The notes beneath the pieces are model-generated. The model was not told the origin of the DNA. It ran no database searches and saw only the letters and a list, made by a program, of their open reading frames with translations. A stretch of 63,480 bases of DNA, counting the filler, from Octopus bimaculoides (Eukaryota), in NCBI RefSeq assembly GCF_001194135.2. It is 6 parts of 6 records of this genome, joined end to end, with 100 filler letters (N's around TTAATTAATTAA, not from the genome) between each part and the next. Parts side by side here need not be neighbours in the genome. Positions count along the whole stretch, not along the records: positions 38,832 to 59,213 come from NC_069002.1; positions 59,314 to 61,394 come from NW_026352668.1; positions 61,495 to 63,480 come from NC_068997.1; 3 more parts are not named here. One strand, written 5' to 3'. Positions 51,675 through 63,480 of this stretch are shown here, piece after piece (within the stretch, counting starts at the first letter, position 1; every line of letters starts with the position of its first letter). The position numbers and the translations under genes are program-made.

Positions 51675-52384
51675 TATGTATCAGATGATATATTTGAGAC
51701 ATTCAACCTATTCTCTAGTGTGCTTTGTGAAAGGTGTGAGCCTTGTATTTGATATGCCTTTCATTATTAACTTTAACAGACTGGGCAATCAGACAAGTGT
51801 CAGAGATGAGAGAGAAATGAAGCCGAGAGGTGAACAATTATGAAAGTGTTGATGCCTGTGATTGGGACAAACACTTCCATTAAGTGTGTAACATTGCTTT
51901 CCCCGACATGCTCAGAGAGTGAAACTAAAGATGCCTGATAGATTTGACTACGTTGAAACTGTAATGGGAATTACTGAGGTTTAGGAAAACGCTCGGAGTC
52001 ATAAAAGACAAGTTACGACTGATTCTATTACGTTCGACAGGTTAATAATGAAGGGTAGTGGTTAGCATTCGTTGTCGACAGTTGGTTGAGGCTAAATGGA
52101 ATTAGATACGGATAATCTTGGGTAGATAAATATATAGAGAGCACAAAGAGATAGAATTTGTGAGAGGCGGGGCGAGAAAGGGAGGCTGAAAAGATTGGTG
52201 AAGCTAGGAAACCAGTTCAAAAACTCACGATTTGATGATGGTTAAAAGAAACCCTTAAGAAAACGTCAGGCTTGGTACAGTTAAGCAACCGATGAAATTT
52301 TTTGCAGTTGATGACAGTGTGACTGGGAAATGAAGTGCAGTTAGAGGCAAAGCAGACAGTAAGGAGATTTACCGACATAAGTAT

Positions 52385-52720
52385 ATCAGTCGACAAAACA
52401 ACTGGTCCTCCGTCGATTATGACGATGAGGGTGCCAGTTGATCCGATCAACTGAATAGACTGCTTGTGAAATTAACGTGCAAGTGGCTGAGCACTCCACA
52501 GACACGTGTACCCTTGACATAGTTCTCGGGAAAATTAAACATAACACAAGGTGACAAGGCTGGCTCTTTGAAATCCAGGTACTATTCATTTTTGCTAGTT
52601 AAGCAGACCGAAGCAACTTAAAATAAAGTGACTTGCGCAAGGATGTAACATGCTACCGGATATTGAACTCACAACCTAACAATCGTGAGCCTAACATCCC
52701 AACTACCATGTCACGCGCTT
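52385..52720 (-). mobile_element. SINE with family D-like head and family C tail
   Basis: GTGCAAGTGGCTGAGCACTCCACAGACACGTGTACCCTT is the reverse complement of 34101-34139; head resembles 59520-59600. Confidence 0.7.
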
Positions 52721-53243
52721 TCACATATCAGCCAACAACATAAAATGCTAAAAATTGGTTGTGGATTTTGCTGTGACACTAGACATGGTTATTAAACATA
52801 CACACTGATATACTCTCATTGCACATATCTATTCCTAAATCATGCACTATTGGTTGGCTCTCCAGACTTGTATATCATGCCATCAATCTTGTACCATTAT
52901 GTAAATGGAGTACCAGTTATCTAAATGATACCACTGTGTAATAATAACATTATGTAAATTTACTATTTTGTACCATTATGTAAATGAAGTTTTGCCACTT
53001 CGTGCCCCAACATTGTTATATATTGTAATCTTTTGCAATTATTTGGAATTCAATTAAGAAACTTTTGTATAATCTTATCAGAATATCGTAGAATATGCAG
53101 AACACATAAAAGAAGGTTTGTTTTTTTTTATTGTTGTCTTTAATATATTTATTATAGATTATTAATTGGTTGGACTGGAAGTAAACCGTAGAAGCTTTTC
53201 ATTATATATAATTTTATCACCCTTTTTTTATTATTGTTATTAT

Positions 53244-53336
<93 letters not shown>

Positions 53337-53954
53337 TACTATTATTATTATTATTTTGCCTTTACAGTTTAATCAAAATACTATCTTTACATCAACTTTA
53401 CAAACGTGACAGAATAAAAAGTAAGAATGATGTTTATTTTTTATTTTTATTTCTACGAAAAGTGATTATCGATTGAAATACTATTATTCAATCACTAATT
53501 TTTTTTTTTTTTTTACAAAAAAGTAGTTAAATAAATAAATTATAATTAACGTTTTCTTGTGTTTCTCTACAAAGAAACTGTCTGGCAAAGAATTACAATT
53601 CTACAGAATAGCTTGTTACTGACGCTTTAGAAATAAACCGTAACTTCATCAGCTATTGGAGAAAAATAATAATGGCCGCGTCCAATGACTAAAACAAGTA
53701 AAAGAAGATAATAAAAAGGAACTGGACTTAATTGACTGAAACCAATCACAAATTTGGAAGCAAACAAATCGGCTTTTTACTGTGAACTTTTGTGTAATAG
53801 ATTTTTATAACGTTATATCAAGGTTTTTTTACAGTATTGATAACCACTCACAAATTAGTGCTAGAAAACAGAAATTGAAATTAAATAATATTTTTAAAAT
53901 AGAAATATAAAAATGATTAAATGTAAAAATCTTAGATTAATAACGGTTTCTAAT

Positions 53955-54155
53955 TTTGGCACAGAGTCAGCAATTTCAGGGGAGAAGTATGTTGATTACA
54001 TCGACCCCAGTGCTCAGCTGGTATTTATTCTGTCAACTCCGAAGGATGAAAGGCAAAGTGACCTCGGCAGAATTTGAACTCAGGGCGTAAAGACGAGTGA
54101 ATTACTGCTAAGCGTATTGTCTGGCATGCTAACGATTCTGCCAGCTCAACGCCTT
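53955..54155 (-). mobile_element. SINE family B
   Basis: Family B core. Confidence 0.85.
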
Positions 54156-54163
54156 GATTAATA

Positions 54164-54373
54164 TACAGGGTGGCCCAAAAGTAGGCACTTTAAATTTCTT
54201 TTAAAACATTTTATTACATTTAGATTTCTATCTTAAAAACTGAAAAGGGAGCTTGACAAAATTTACTTAGAATAATGGTTTCCTATTTTTTATAATTAAG
54301 ATCTAAACTGTTAATATATGAATGCGAAAGAGATTGTTGAATAACTGTAAACCTACTTTTGGGCCACCCCGTA
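54164..54373. mobile_element. Tc1-type MITE
   Basis: TA|CAGGGTGGCCCAAAAGTAGG ... CCTACTTTTGGGCCACCCCG|TA. Confidence 0.85.
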
Positions 54374-54545
54374 TAATAAATAATTATTTCTACTCTAGGC
54401 ACAAGGCCCTGAAATTTTGTGGGAAAGGGGGCTAGTCGATTATATCGACTCCAGTGCGTAACTGGTATTCATTTCATCGACTCCGAAAGGCAAAGTCGAC
54501 CTCGGAGGAATTTGAATTCAGAAAATAGTGGCAAACGAAATACCG

Positions 54546-56181
54546 ATTTCTTTATTACCCATAAAGGGCTATACAAAGAATTTTTAAGACATCACAAAAC
54601 ATAAAGACAGCACAAAATGCAACAAACATAAAATCGGGGTAATTAAAATAAAATGATAATATGCAAGAATGAAAAAAATGAGGCACAATGTCCACTCGAC
54701 CCCCGAAGTCGGGTGGTTACATTTATCCAGTTTTTCACTTTTACGTTCAACGTCATGTAAACATTCTAACGGTTTTGTAACTCAAAAAATTCAAACACTC
54801 GCGTTACCTTTCTCCCATTGTCACTTCCGTCCTTATCAACTGCAAATAATCAGTTCTAGGGGGTGGTGTCTCCACCAACCATACCCATTTCGTTATTATA
54901 TTTTCACCTAGTTCTTTTATGTACTCCCAGTAGTTTTCCTCGTGTATCAAAATGCATTTCTCAGCACATTTCTCTGGCATCTTCACTTTTATTATTTCCT
55001 CCAATCTCTCGACTTTTCTCTCCATCTGCTCACAATTCTCGTACTTTATCAAAACTCCCTTGTATTGGACATCTTTATCCGTCCTCTCCTCCTCTTCTTG
55101 TACATTATTAGTTTCTGGCTTTTCTATCTCTTTTATGCTTTCTGTTGACCGTTCCTTTGACTTATTTTTCTTTCGCTTTTTAGGGTTAGTAGCTCCATTT
55201 TCGTTCTTCTTTGTTTTCTCTGTTTCACACTTCTGTCTCTCTTTCATTTCCTCAGTGTGGTCTACAATGTTTTCCTCCTCTGCTTGTGCTTTCTCTTGCT
55301 GTGGCTGTGTGAACTCATACAGGGGGCATTTGGTCTTCATATGACCTCTTTCCCCGCATATGTAGCAATTTGGTATCCTTCCCTCGACTATAAAATTTAA
55401 CGTTCTCTCATCCTCCACTTCTATCTGGTAGGGAATTCTTTCTATGTCCTCGAATGTGGCAAAAAGCCACATTTCGAGTCCAAATCCCCACCATTTGCAC
55501 ACTTTTGATTTCGCCACTGGTCCCAATTCCGGATCCTCCTTGGTTACAGCCAGCACTATTGCAACCAACTACTCTGGTTTAATTTCTGGTGTAACTCTGG
55601 GAATACGTATTTTCACACTTCTTCTTCCTCTATAACTTGGTAGAAATGCTATTTTTGTACTTCTTAAAATGTTGGTCGCATGCTTGGTTGCCTCTTCTAT
55701 AGTGGCGAACCTCACCTCTACCGTACCGAACCTTCTTCTTCTGTTGATGTACGTGGCTTCATTCACAATTTCACCCAGGCACTCCTCGATTTCCTCTTCC
55801 GTCACCATTTCAATTTTACAGGTTTCGACAGCCTGTGTACGATACACAACTGTCCTCAGAATTTTGTCTTCTTTAGTCTCTTTTGGGGCACAATTTGTAT
55901 GAATCTCCTTCTACTTCTATCAAATTCCTGCTTCTGGTCACTTCCTCCATATCCAACTTAATCAACTTGGTTTCCAGCGGCACTGGCTTCTTCGCCGCAG
56001 TGGCCTTGGCGTAGCTCTCCATACTGGAGACACTGCCACTTGCCATAGCTGGGAAAAAATGCAGCCGCTCGCGTGAAATGTAACCGTAATAATTCCACAA
56101 AAAGCACAATTATTTACAGAGAGTTTTCACAAAGTAACACAACAATATTCACAATAATTCACAATAATTCACAGAGCCGTT
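54546..56181 (-). mobile_element. ORF1-only non-LTR retroelement, copy 2, apparently complete
   Basis: ~135-nt 5' UTR, ORF1, ~260-nt 3' UTR ending GGTAATAAAGAAAT; flanks ATACCG/ATGCCG. Confidence 0.8.
54804..56046 (-). pseudogene. Gag-like ORF1 (~413 aa) with one frameshift and one stop
   Basis: MASGSVSS...KLCP / frameshift at GGGG ~55885 / KETKED...IKPE*LVA (TAG where copy 1 has TGG)...CYICGERGHMKTKC (55326-55367). Confidence 0.85.
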
Positions 56182-56284
56182 ATGCCGCTAAGCATTTCGC
56201 CCGGCGTGCTAACAATTCTGCCAGCTCACCGCCTTGCTTAACATGTAATAAATCTTAATAATATATATAGTATCGTTAGCATGC

Positions 56285-56408
56285 CAGACATGGTTCCGGG
56301 TTCAGTCCCACTGCGTAGCACCTTGGGCAAGTGTCTTCTACTACAGCCTCGTACCGACCAAAGCCTTGTAAGTGGATTTGGTAGACGGAAACTGAAAGAA
56401 GCCCATCG
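56285..56408 (+). mobile_element. SINE family A, 5' part
   Basis: CATGGTTCCGGGTTCAGTCCCACTGCG...GAAAGAAGCCC. Confidence 0.85.
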
Positions 56409-56409
56409 T

Positions 56410-57148
56410 AGCTGATGAAGGAAAATGTTCTCTATGTGGCTTGTGTGTTTTCTGTACTCTGATTATCATTATTTTCTTGTCTACGTTTTGTTTGCAATGT
56501 CCTGTACCCAGATATGCACCTATGCATACAGGTGGATGTCGGTATGCACATACCTGTACATATATATGCATACACTCATTTATTATTTGTTTTTACATGA
56601 TCGAACGCCAGCGTCACCAATTTTGTAAGTAGTTATCTCAACTTTATATTTTCTGACGCTACTCTATCTCTTTCTCTATCACTTTTTCCCCCTCTCGTTC
56701 TTCCTCTGTTACTACTACGTATCTCTCTTTACCCCTCTCGTTCTTCCTCTGTTACTACTACGTATCTCTTTTTTCCCCCTCGTACTTCCTCTCTTCCTCT
56801 TTTCCTCTCGTTGCTCACCTATTCTTCTACTTCCTCCCTTTGTTTCTCCCTCAACCACTCTTTCTCTCTCCCTTACACAGGCATGGTCACATGCTTCCGG
56901 TCACTAATCCTTTTCTTCCTTGGCTATCGCCGAGCAAACACGCGAACTTACTTCGTCCCCACTTTCAAGTTCGTGCCTCACAGCGTTCATACACACATAA
57001 TTTTTCCCGTCTGGCCGTATAGCCTTTTCCGTTTGTTTTCCTNNNNNNNNNNGCAATGTCCTGTACCCAGATATGCACCTATACATACAGGTGGATATCG
57101 GTATGCACATACCTGTACGTATATATGCATACACTCATTTATTATTTG

Positions 57149-57150
<2 letters not shown>
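56410..57150 (+). repeat. Possible Penelope-like pLTR unit with direct repeats (56493-56590 and 57053-57150)
   Basis: ~100-bp imperfect direct repeats; half hammerhead core CTGATGAAGGAA at 56412; internal 43-bp tandem duplication at ~56690-56770. Confidence 0.4.
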
Positions 57151-57201
<51 letters not shown>

Positions 57202-57204
57202 GTA

Positions 57205-57402
57205 TGTATTTGTGTTTGTCCCCCGCCATCGCTTAACAACCGATGCTGGTGTGTTTACGTCCCCGTTATTTAGCGGTTCGGCAAAAGGGTCTGATAGAAT
57301 AGGTACTAAGCTTACAAAGAATACGTCCTGGGGTCGATTACTTCGACTAAAGGCGATGCTCCAGCATGGCCGCAGTCAAATGACTGAAACACGTAAAAGA
57401 GT
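57205..57402 (+). mobile_element. SINE family A, 3' half
   Basis: Matches 24225-24420. Confidence 0.85.
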
Positions 57403-57504
57403 ACTTATAACTTTATCAATTTTAAAATTAAGTCATGTACTACAGATAACACTAAGCGTTAATTCAATGCTTAAACGATTCTTCTATCTTTCATCCTCTT
57501 CTTT

Positions 57505-57820
57505 CATTTGTATGGCATATTGTTTTCTAAGCCTGGTACTTTCTCTACCGACCTTTTTTTGTCGAAACTAAGTGACGGCGGTGACGACGTAAACACACCA
57601 ACACCGGTTGTCAAGTGGCGGGAGTACAAACAAATACATACATACAGGTATTATATACGTGTGTGTGAGCGTTAGATAGGCTTCCTTCACAAAATCTACT
57701 TAGATGACTTTGGTCAGCCTGAGGCTATAATAGAAGACACGTGCTCGAGGTGACATGCTATTGGACTGAACCCAACACCATACGGTTGGGAAGTAAACTT
57801 CTTACCATGCAGCTACGCCT
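57505..57820 (-). mobile_element. SINE family A, diverged
   Basis: GTAAACACACCAACACCGGTTGTCAAG; GACTGAACCC...CTTCTTACCA. Confidence 0.75.
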
Positions 57821-58034
57821 GCGTGCATGAGTTCATAGTGTGTTTATACCTCTTTTTATATCATTTAGTGTATATATGCAGTGTATATCAGTGTATATAT
57901 TTCTACACCTAAATATGTAAGTATATCGAATAAATGATCATGAGGGTATATATAAATTGATATTGTTCATCCATTTCCAGGAATTAAAAAGACATAAAAT
58001 TCCATCCTACACGTAGGTGCAAAGAAGTTCACTT

Positions 58035-58170
58035 TGAAGGCATGAGATTTTGGGTTCAATCTCAATGCGCGACACCTTCAGTAGATTTTATTTCTACTAT
58101 AACCATGGGCTGACCAAAGCCTTTTGAGTGGATTTGGTAGACAGAAACTGACAGAAGCCCATCGTATACA
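58035..58170 (+). mobile_element. SINE family A, 5' remnant
   Basis: GACCAAAGCC...GTGGATTTGGTAGACAGAAACTG. Confidence 0.7.
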
Positions 58171-58371
58171 TGTATGTGTGTGCGCGTGTGAGTGTGTGTG
58201 TGTGAGTGCGCGTGCGCAGGGGTCATAATACTCTTAGAAGTGGTGCACTGTAACAGAATTTCGACTCGAGTCAAATATAACAATCCTCTAAATCATCGCT
58301 AGAGTCTCCCCATAAGTGATCGGCTGTTTTGTACAGGCATCAAGTCGTATAACTTGTAATAATCCTTTCTA

Positions 58372-59213
58372 TTATAGGCACAAGGCCTGAAGTTTTGGGG
58401 AAGGGGACTAGTCGATTACATCGACCCCAGAATTTCACTGGTACTTAATTTACCTACCCCGAAAGGATAAAAGGCAAAGTAGACCTCGGCGGAATTTGAA
58501 CCCAGAACGTAACAGCAGATGAAATACAGCGAAGCATTTCGCCCGGCGTGCTAGCAATTCAGCCAGCTCGCTGCCTTCGTATAGGTTGTAATAATGACGT
58601 GAAACCAAAGGGTAATATTTCGAAATCATTTAATATGTACGTTTCGGATTTGCTTTATATATATAATAGGAAATGTAACCACCAGGGCGTCCTGTGGGAC
58701 GACCTAGATAGGGATAGGTGTATCCATTGCGTAAAATCCCAAAATATCTTAAAATATTTTAACTGCGGAAGATTGACTCAATATTTGCATTTTGTATTTA
58801 TAGTCTTTTCAATTCATTATTATTCCAGGCACAAGGCCCGAAATCTTGGGGGTGGGAGTCAGTCGATTAGATCGACCCTGGTACGCAACTGGTACTTGAT
58901 TTATCGACCCCGGAAGGATGAAAAGCAAAGTCGACCTCGGCGGAATTTGAACTCAAGACGTAAAGACAGACGAAATCCTGCTAAGAATTTCGCCCGGCGT
59001 GCTAACGTTTCTTATTTTTTTATTGCCTACAAGTGGCTAAACATAGAGGGGACAAACAAGGACAGACAAAGGGATTAAATCGGTTACATCGACCCCAGTG
59101 CGTAACTGGTACTTAATTTATCGACCCCGAAAGGATGAAAGGCAAAGTCGACGTCGGCGGAATTTGAACTCAGAACGTAGTGACGGGCGAAATACCGCTA
59201 AGCATTTCGTCCT
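58372..59213 (-). mobile_element. Three same-orientation SINE family B copies (58372-58575, 58822-59010, 59011-59213)
   Basis: Each has ATCGACCCC...GGATGAAAGGCAAAGTCGAC.TCGGCGGAATTTGAAC. Confidence 0.88.
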
Positions 59214-59339
59214 NNNNNNNNNNNNNNNNNNNNNNNNNNNNNNNNNNNNNNNNNNNNTTAATTAATTAANNNNNNNNNNNNNNNNNNNNNNNNNNNNNNN
59301 NNNNNNNNNNNNNATACATATATATATATATATATATAT

Positions 59340-59605
59340 ATAACGTGATCGACCAGTCTATGGGATATTGTTATACATCGCTAGTCACCATGTATTTCAC
59401 ATTGCTTTAGCTTTCGAATCATGCCACCCGTCATGCCGATCCTCCTGATCGGAAGTCTAGTCCGTTGCAGAGTTGGCACACATTTACAGTTGAGTGGACT
59501 GGACCAGGGTAAAATGTAGTGTCTTGCGCAAGAACACAACGCACCACCCAGACCCGGTAATCGAAACCACGATCTCGGGATCATGAGTGCAACATCCTAA
59601 CCGCT
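59340..59605 (-). mobile_element. CORE-like SINE family D
   Basis: GTGTCTTGCGCAAGAACACAACG...AATCGAAACC. Confidence 0.7.
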
Positions 59606-59630
59606 CTTCGCTATATATAAATATATACCT

Positions 59631-59667
<37 letters not shown>

Positions 59668-61494
59668 TAACGTTTATGTACATACATAATCTAACGAACT
59701 TTATCTCTGTCTGTCCGTCTGTCTGTCTATGTCTATCTGTCTATCTACCTCTCTCTCTCTCTTTCTATATATCTACCTCTCTCTCTCTCTATCTACCTAC
59801 GCGCCATATACCTATGTATATGCATATGTGTAGCCGTAGCAGGGTATTTGCAGCTTTATACCAGCAAAATACATATAAGAACAATACACTTAACTGTGCC
59901 TTGTGGGGATGCCCAGATGTGTGGAAGTAGACACGACGAAGAAACTCGTTTCGATGGATTTATTGGTCGTGTATCCAAAGATGCAAATCCCTGTTAGTTT
60001 TAAGCTTCTGAAGCTGGTATTAATGAATACCACTGCACGAAATGTAACAATCGTCGAAGCCAATAGAAAGCCGATAGCGAGCTATTGAATGTCTTCACCT
60101 GAAAAGTCTTTTGTCTTCAGTTCTCTATGCCAAGTCATTCGCTGCCTCTTTGTTGCCTGTTAGTGGTTGGTTGTAAGGGAAAATGTGCTGTCGGCCTTTT
60201 GTGGTCGTCCCATCATCATAATAATCCAGTTCCGCTATTGAGCTGTTGTGTTGATAGCAACCATTAAAGTTGAAAGGAAAATTTCCAAGGCTCTCCTATC
60301 TTTCTTTGTCCAGTTTAAACCCTGTGTTTCGTATAAACTACGAGAAGCAATAAAACACAAAATATAAACAAAAGCAGAAAACACTTTCTAATCGAACACA
60401 ATGACACTTTTTTTTTTTTATGTTTTCAGAATTGTTTTCCACCATTAAATTTTTTTTTCATCGAGCGATGAAAATGATTCGATGTTCCGTTGTCGATTTT
60501 CATGCGAAATATTTTAGACGATAATGTTCGTCTTTCGTGCTGAGGTACATGTGTATGATTGCATGTTTGCATGTTTGCATATGTATNNNNNNNNNNGAAT
60601 TGTTTTCCACCATTAAATTTTTTTTTCATCGAGCGATGAAAATGATTCGATGTTCCGTTGTCGATTTTCATGCGAAATATTTTAGACGATAATGTTCGTC
60701 TTTCGTGCTGAGGTACATGTGTATGATTGCATGTTTGCATGTTTGCATATGTATGTATGTATGAAATGTATCTATGTGTGCATGCATGCGTGTGCTCACA
60801 CATACATACACACAAGCATATACACATTCATATATATGTGTATATATGAGTATATGTATATGTATACACGCACACACAGACACACACACAAGCACACACA
60901 TACACAAGCACGCACACACACACACACACACACACAAGCAAGCACACACACACACACGTATGTGTATGACTGTGACTCTCTTTCCTAACTACACTCTCTT
61001 TACATGTGCGCGTACACACACGCACGCACGCAGGCAGGTATAAACAAATATAAGTTAAGGGAAATAACTCATAACGACCATGGCATGAGTTTGGACAAAG
61101 ATATTCCTCATATCATGTCAGATATGTTGTTCATGTATCGAAAAGAATCTTGACTCCGTGTAAAGTTAAGCAATCAACTGCAGACGACTTCAGCCTCCTC
61201 AATGAACAAGCTGTTAACGAGTACACACACACACACACGCACACACACACATATGTTTATGTATTTATGCATTATATGTGTAAACACAGACACACATGTG
61301 TATGTGGGTATATCTATCTAAATAACAATAGATACATTGATTTCATATATATATATACACACATATATACATATACACACACACGCACATATATNNNNNN
61401 NNNNNNNNNNNNNNNNNNNNNNNNNNNNNNNNNNNNNNTTAATTAATTAANNNNNNNNNNNNNNNNNNNNNNNNNNNNNNNNNNNNNNNNNNNN

Positions 61495-61530
<36 letters not shown>

Positions 61531-61531
61531 C

Positions 61532-61587
<56 letters not shown>

Positions 61588-61614
61588 CATTTTATTGAAG
61601 CTGAAAAACAAAAA

Positions 61615-61665
61615 CTTTACAAACTCTCATTCAGAGTTTCGCGTAATCGTTCATCAGACATTTAT
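61615..61665 (-). ncRNA. Hammerhead-like motif with looped stem III and broken stem I
   Basis: Minus strand CTGATGA A CGATTACGC GAAA CTC-tgaatga-GAG TT. Confidence 0.35.
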
Positions 61666-61837
61666 GAGAATTTAGAATTATTCTGAAGTATATTTTCAAC
61701 TTTCAGAAAATAGCATTTTAGTTTACATTTTCTTTTCGAGCACTATTTTCTCCACATTGATTTGTCCCTACAGGCTCACATGCGTTTGTGAGTGCACCTG
61801 TATGTATGTATGTATGTATGTATGTATGTATGTATGT

Positions 61838-62040
61838 AGGTGCATGACTCAGTGGTTCGAGCGTCGCACTTACTACCGTGAAGTTGTGAGTTCGAATCCC
61901 GGACCAGGCTGCGTGTTGTGTTCTTAGGCAAGACACTTTATTTCACGTTGCTCCAGTTCACTCAGCTGTAGAAATGAGTTGCGACGTCACTGGTGCCAAG
62001 CTATATCGGCTTTTGCTTTTCCCTTGGGTAACACTGGTAG
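61838..62040 (+). mobile_element. CORE-like SINE family D
   Basis: tRNA head GAGTTCGAATCCC, then GTGTTGTGTTCTTAGGCAAGACACTT and CCAGTTCACTCAGCTGTA. Confidence 0.8.
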
Positions 62041-62059
62041 CGCCCCTACACCCTGCCGG

Positions 62060-62180
62060 AGCCACGGGGAAGTTTAGGTGTTTTCAGTCAATAAACACTC
62101 ACAACGCACGGTCTGGGAATCGAAACTGCGACCCCACGACCGCGAGTCCGCTGCCCTAACCACTGGGTAATTGGGCCTCC
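62060..62180 (-). mobile_element. SINE family C head
   Basis: Reverse complement of 33836-33950. Confidence 0.85.
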
Positions 62181-62299
62181 ACATATTGATATAAAGTACG
62201 AGTGTAATACATAGATAAATATATTTACGCTTCAAAGATATTTACGCATACTGAAACAACATTTACAGCAGACGAAAGAGATCTGTAACTATGTTGCCC

Positions 62300-62950
62300 A
62301 GGTTTGTGTCCATGAAATTAATTACATAATTAGGATAGCTAATGAACTTGGGGCGAGGGACGAAATAACAGCTGATACAGATCTCTTCCCAAGGAGCAAT
62401 GATAAAATCTATTTATCAGAATAAAATAAGAAAATAATTCAGGTCACTGAGAAGATAGTACTTGGGTATTTGGTTCGAAAAACACAGGCCATACAGAGGA
62501 CTGATAATGCCAAAAGCTTGGCATGGAATTGCGACAGGTTTATGACACCCCACTTCGAAGGTTACATCCATTCAAAAACGAGATCCCCAATAAATACGTA
62601 CAGCATAAAAGGCAGAAAACGTTGACAGGCTATGCAAGACAAAGATTGAAGACATTATGTTACATTATGACCAATTGCGGGAGAATGTCTTCCAGATATC
62701 TTCCAATGGGGTATGGTGCTGTGGCTAGAACGATTTGAAATAGGATAACAAAAAAGAAAACATTTACTATGACTATATTGAGACCGATAGGTCAAAAGAG
62801 TATTAGTGAAATTAAAACGCAACCTGCGAAACCACAATAAAAAGATATGTTCTGTTGAGGAAATCAGCTGCCCGCTGGACACCAATGTAGTTAAAAAAAA
62901 TACAAGAGAAAGTGGACATCTATGGACCATTGATAAGGAGCTTGCGACTC
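62300..62950 (+). mobile_element. R4/Dong-type LINE 3' fragment, degenerate
   Basis: IMTNCGRMSSRYLPM..AVARTI; EISCPLDTNVVKK; EKVDIYGPLIRSLRL; parallels 10740-11395. Confidence 0.7.
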
Positions 62951-62954
62951 ATAA

Positions 62955-63015
62955 TTAACCGATTCTGCTGTATTTTCCTTTTCTCAAAGCCAGGAACTTT
63001 TCAGTACCCTTCGTA
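62955..63015. mobile_element. Solo end of the mariner MITE family
   Basis: AAAGCCAGGAACTTTTCAGTACCCTTCG|TA. Confidence 0.75.
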
Positions 63016-63021
63016 TACACT

Positions 63022-63065
<44 letters not shown>

Positions 63066-63328
63066 CATAATATTAGGGACAAAATGTAGTCATTTTTATT
63101 ATCTTTATCTTATGATATTTAATTTGTTTTATATTATACTCATTTATTGTGCTTTTAATTATTAATTTTTCTATATGTGATAGTGGATTTTCATCGATGA
63201 GTTCTTGAAACTTGGTTATTTTCCCTAAAACTATATATATATAAAACAATTGCAGCGTGGAAGGTGTTTATAAGCCAATTAAAATAACACACAAAATCCG
63301 TTAGATTCACTTCAACATTTAAATTTTA

Positions 63329-63379
63329 TTTGTCAAAATATTTTCGTCGCTTTGAGACCGCGACCTGTTCACTGACAAA
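63329..63379 (-). ncRNA. Minimal type-I hammerhead variant with G3-C8 swapped core
   Basis: TTTGTCA GTGAACA G GTCGC-ggtctcaaa-GCGAC GAAA ATAT TT TGACAAA. Confidence 0.6.
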
Positions 63380-63480
63380 ATTCTGTGCTGCATCTGAGAA
63401 AGTAATAGTTAGTTCATGATATATATGTACATGTGTATGTATGTATGTATGTATGTATGTATGTATGTATGTGCGTGTAC

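Larger units (their letters stand above)
54385..56236 (-). mobile_element. SINE family B split by the ORF1-only element (54385-54545 and 56182-56236)
   Basis: Consensus GAAATACCG|CTAAGCATTTCGCCCGG (intact at 59190-59210) is interrupted. Confidence 0.8.

Noticed and set aside
59870-60350. Unique stretch with short ORFs on both strands
   Set aside because: All frames are interrupted and no motif is recognised.

Overview
Repeat-saturated, gapped draft-assembly DNA from an animal genome. The SINE set, dense (TA)n/(CA)n/(TATG)n/(ATT)n microsatellites and AT-richness suggest an octopus/cephalopod scaffold (inference). No host gene can be supported; most ORFs in the track are microsatellite or N-gap artefacts. 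The window holds several tRNA-derived SINE families (about 35 copies), mariner/Tc1/Tigger remnants and MITEs, a non-autonomous Helitron, a FLYWCH Mutator remnant, five R4/Dong-type LINE fragments and two RTE fragments. Two things stand out. (1) Two divergent ~1.6-2 kb retroelements encode only a gag-like ORF1 (RRM-like region + CCHC knuckle + shared C-terminal domain), have no RT, and share their 3' tail with a local SINE. (2) Six minimal type-I hammerhead-ribozyme-like motifs carry different catalytic-core variants, one with a compensatory G3-C8 swap. All translations, alignments and folds were done by eye; repeat boundaries are approximate.
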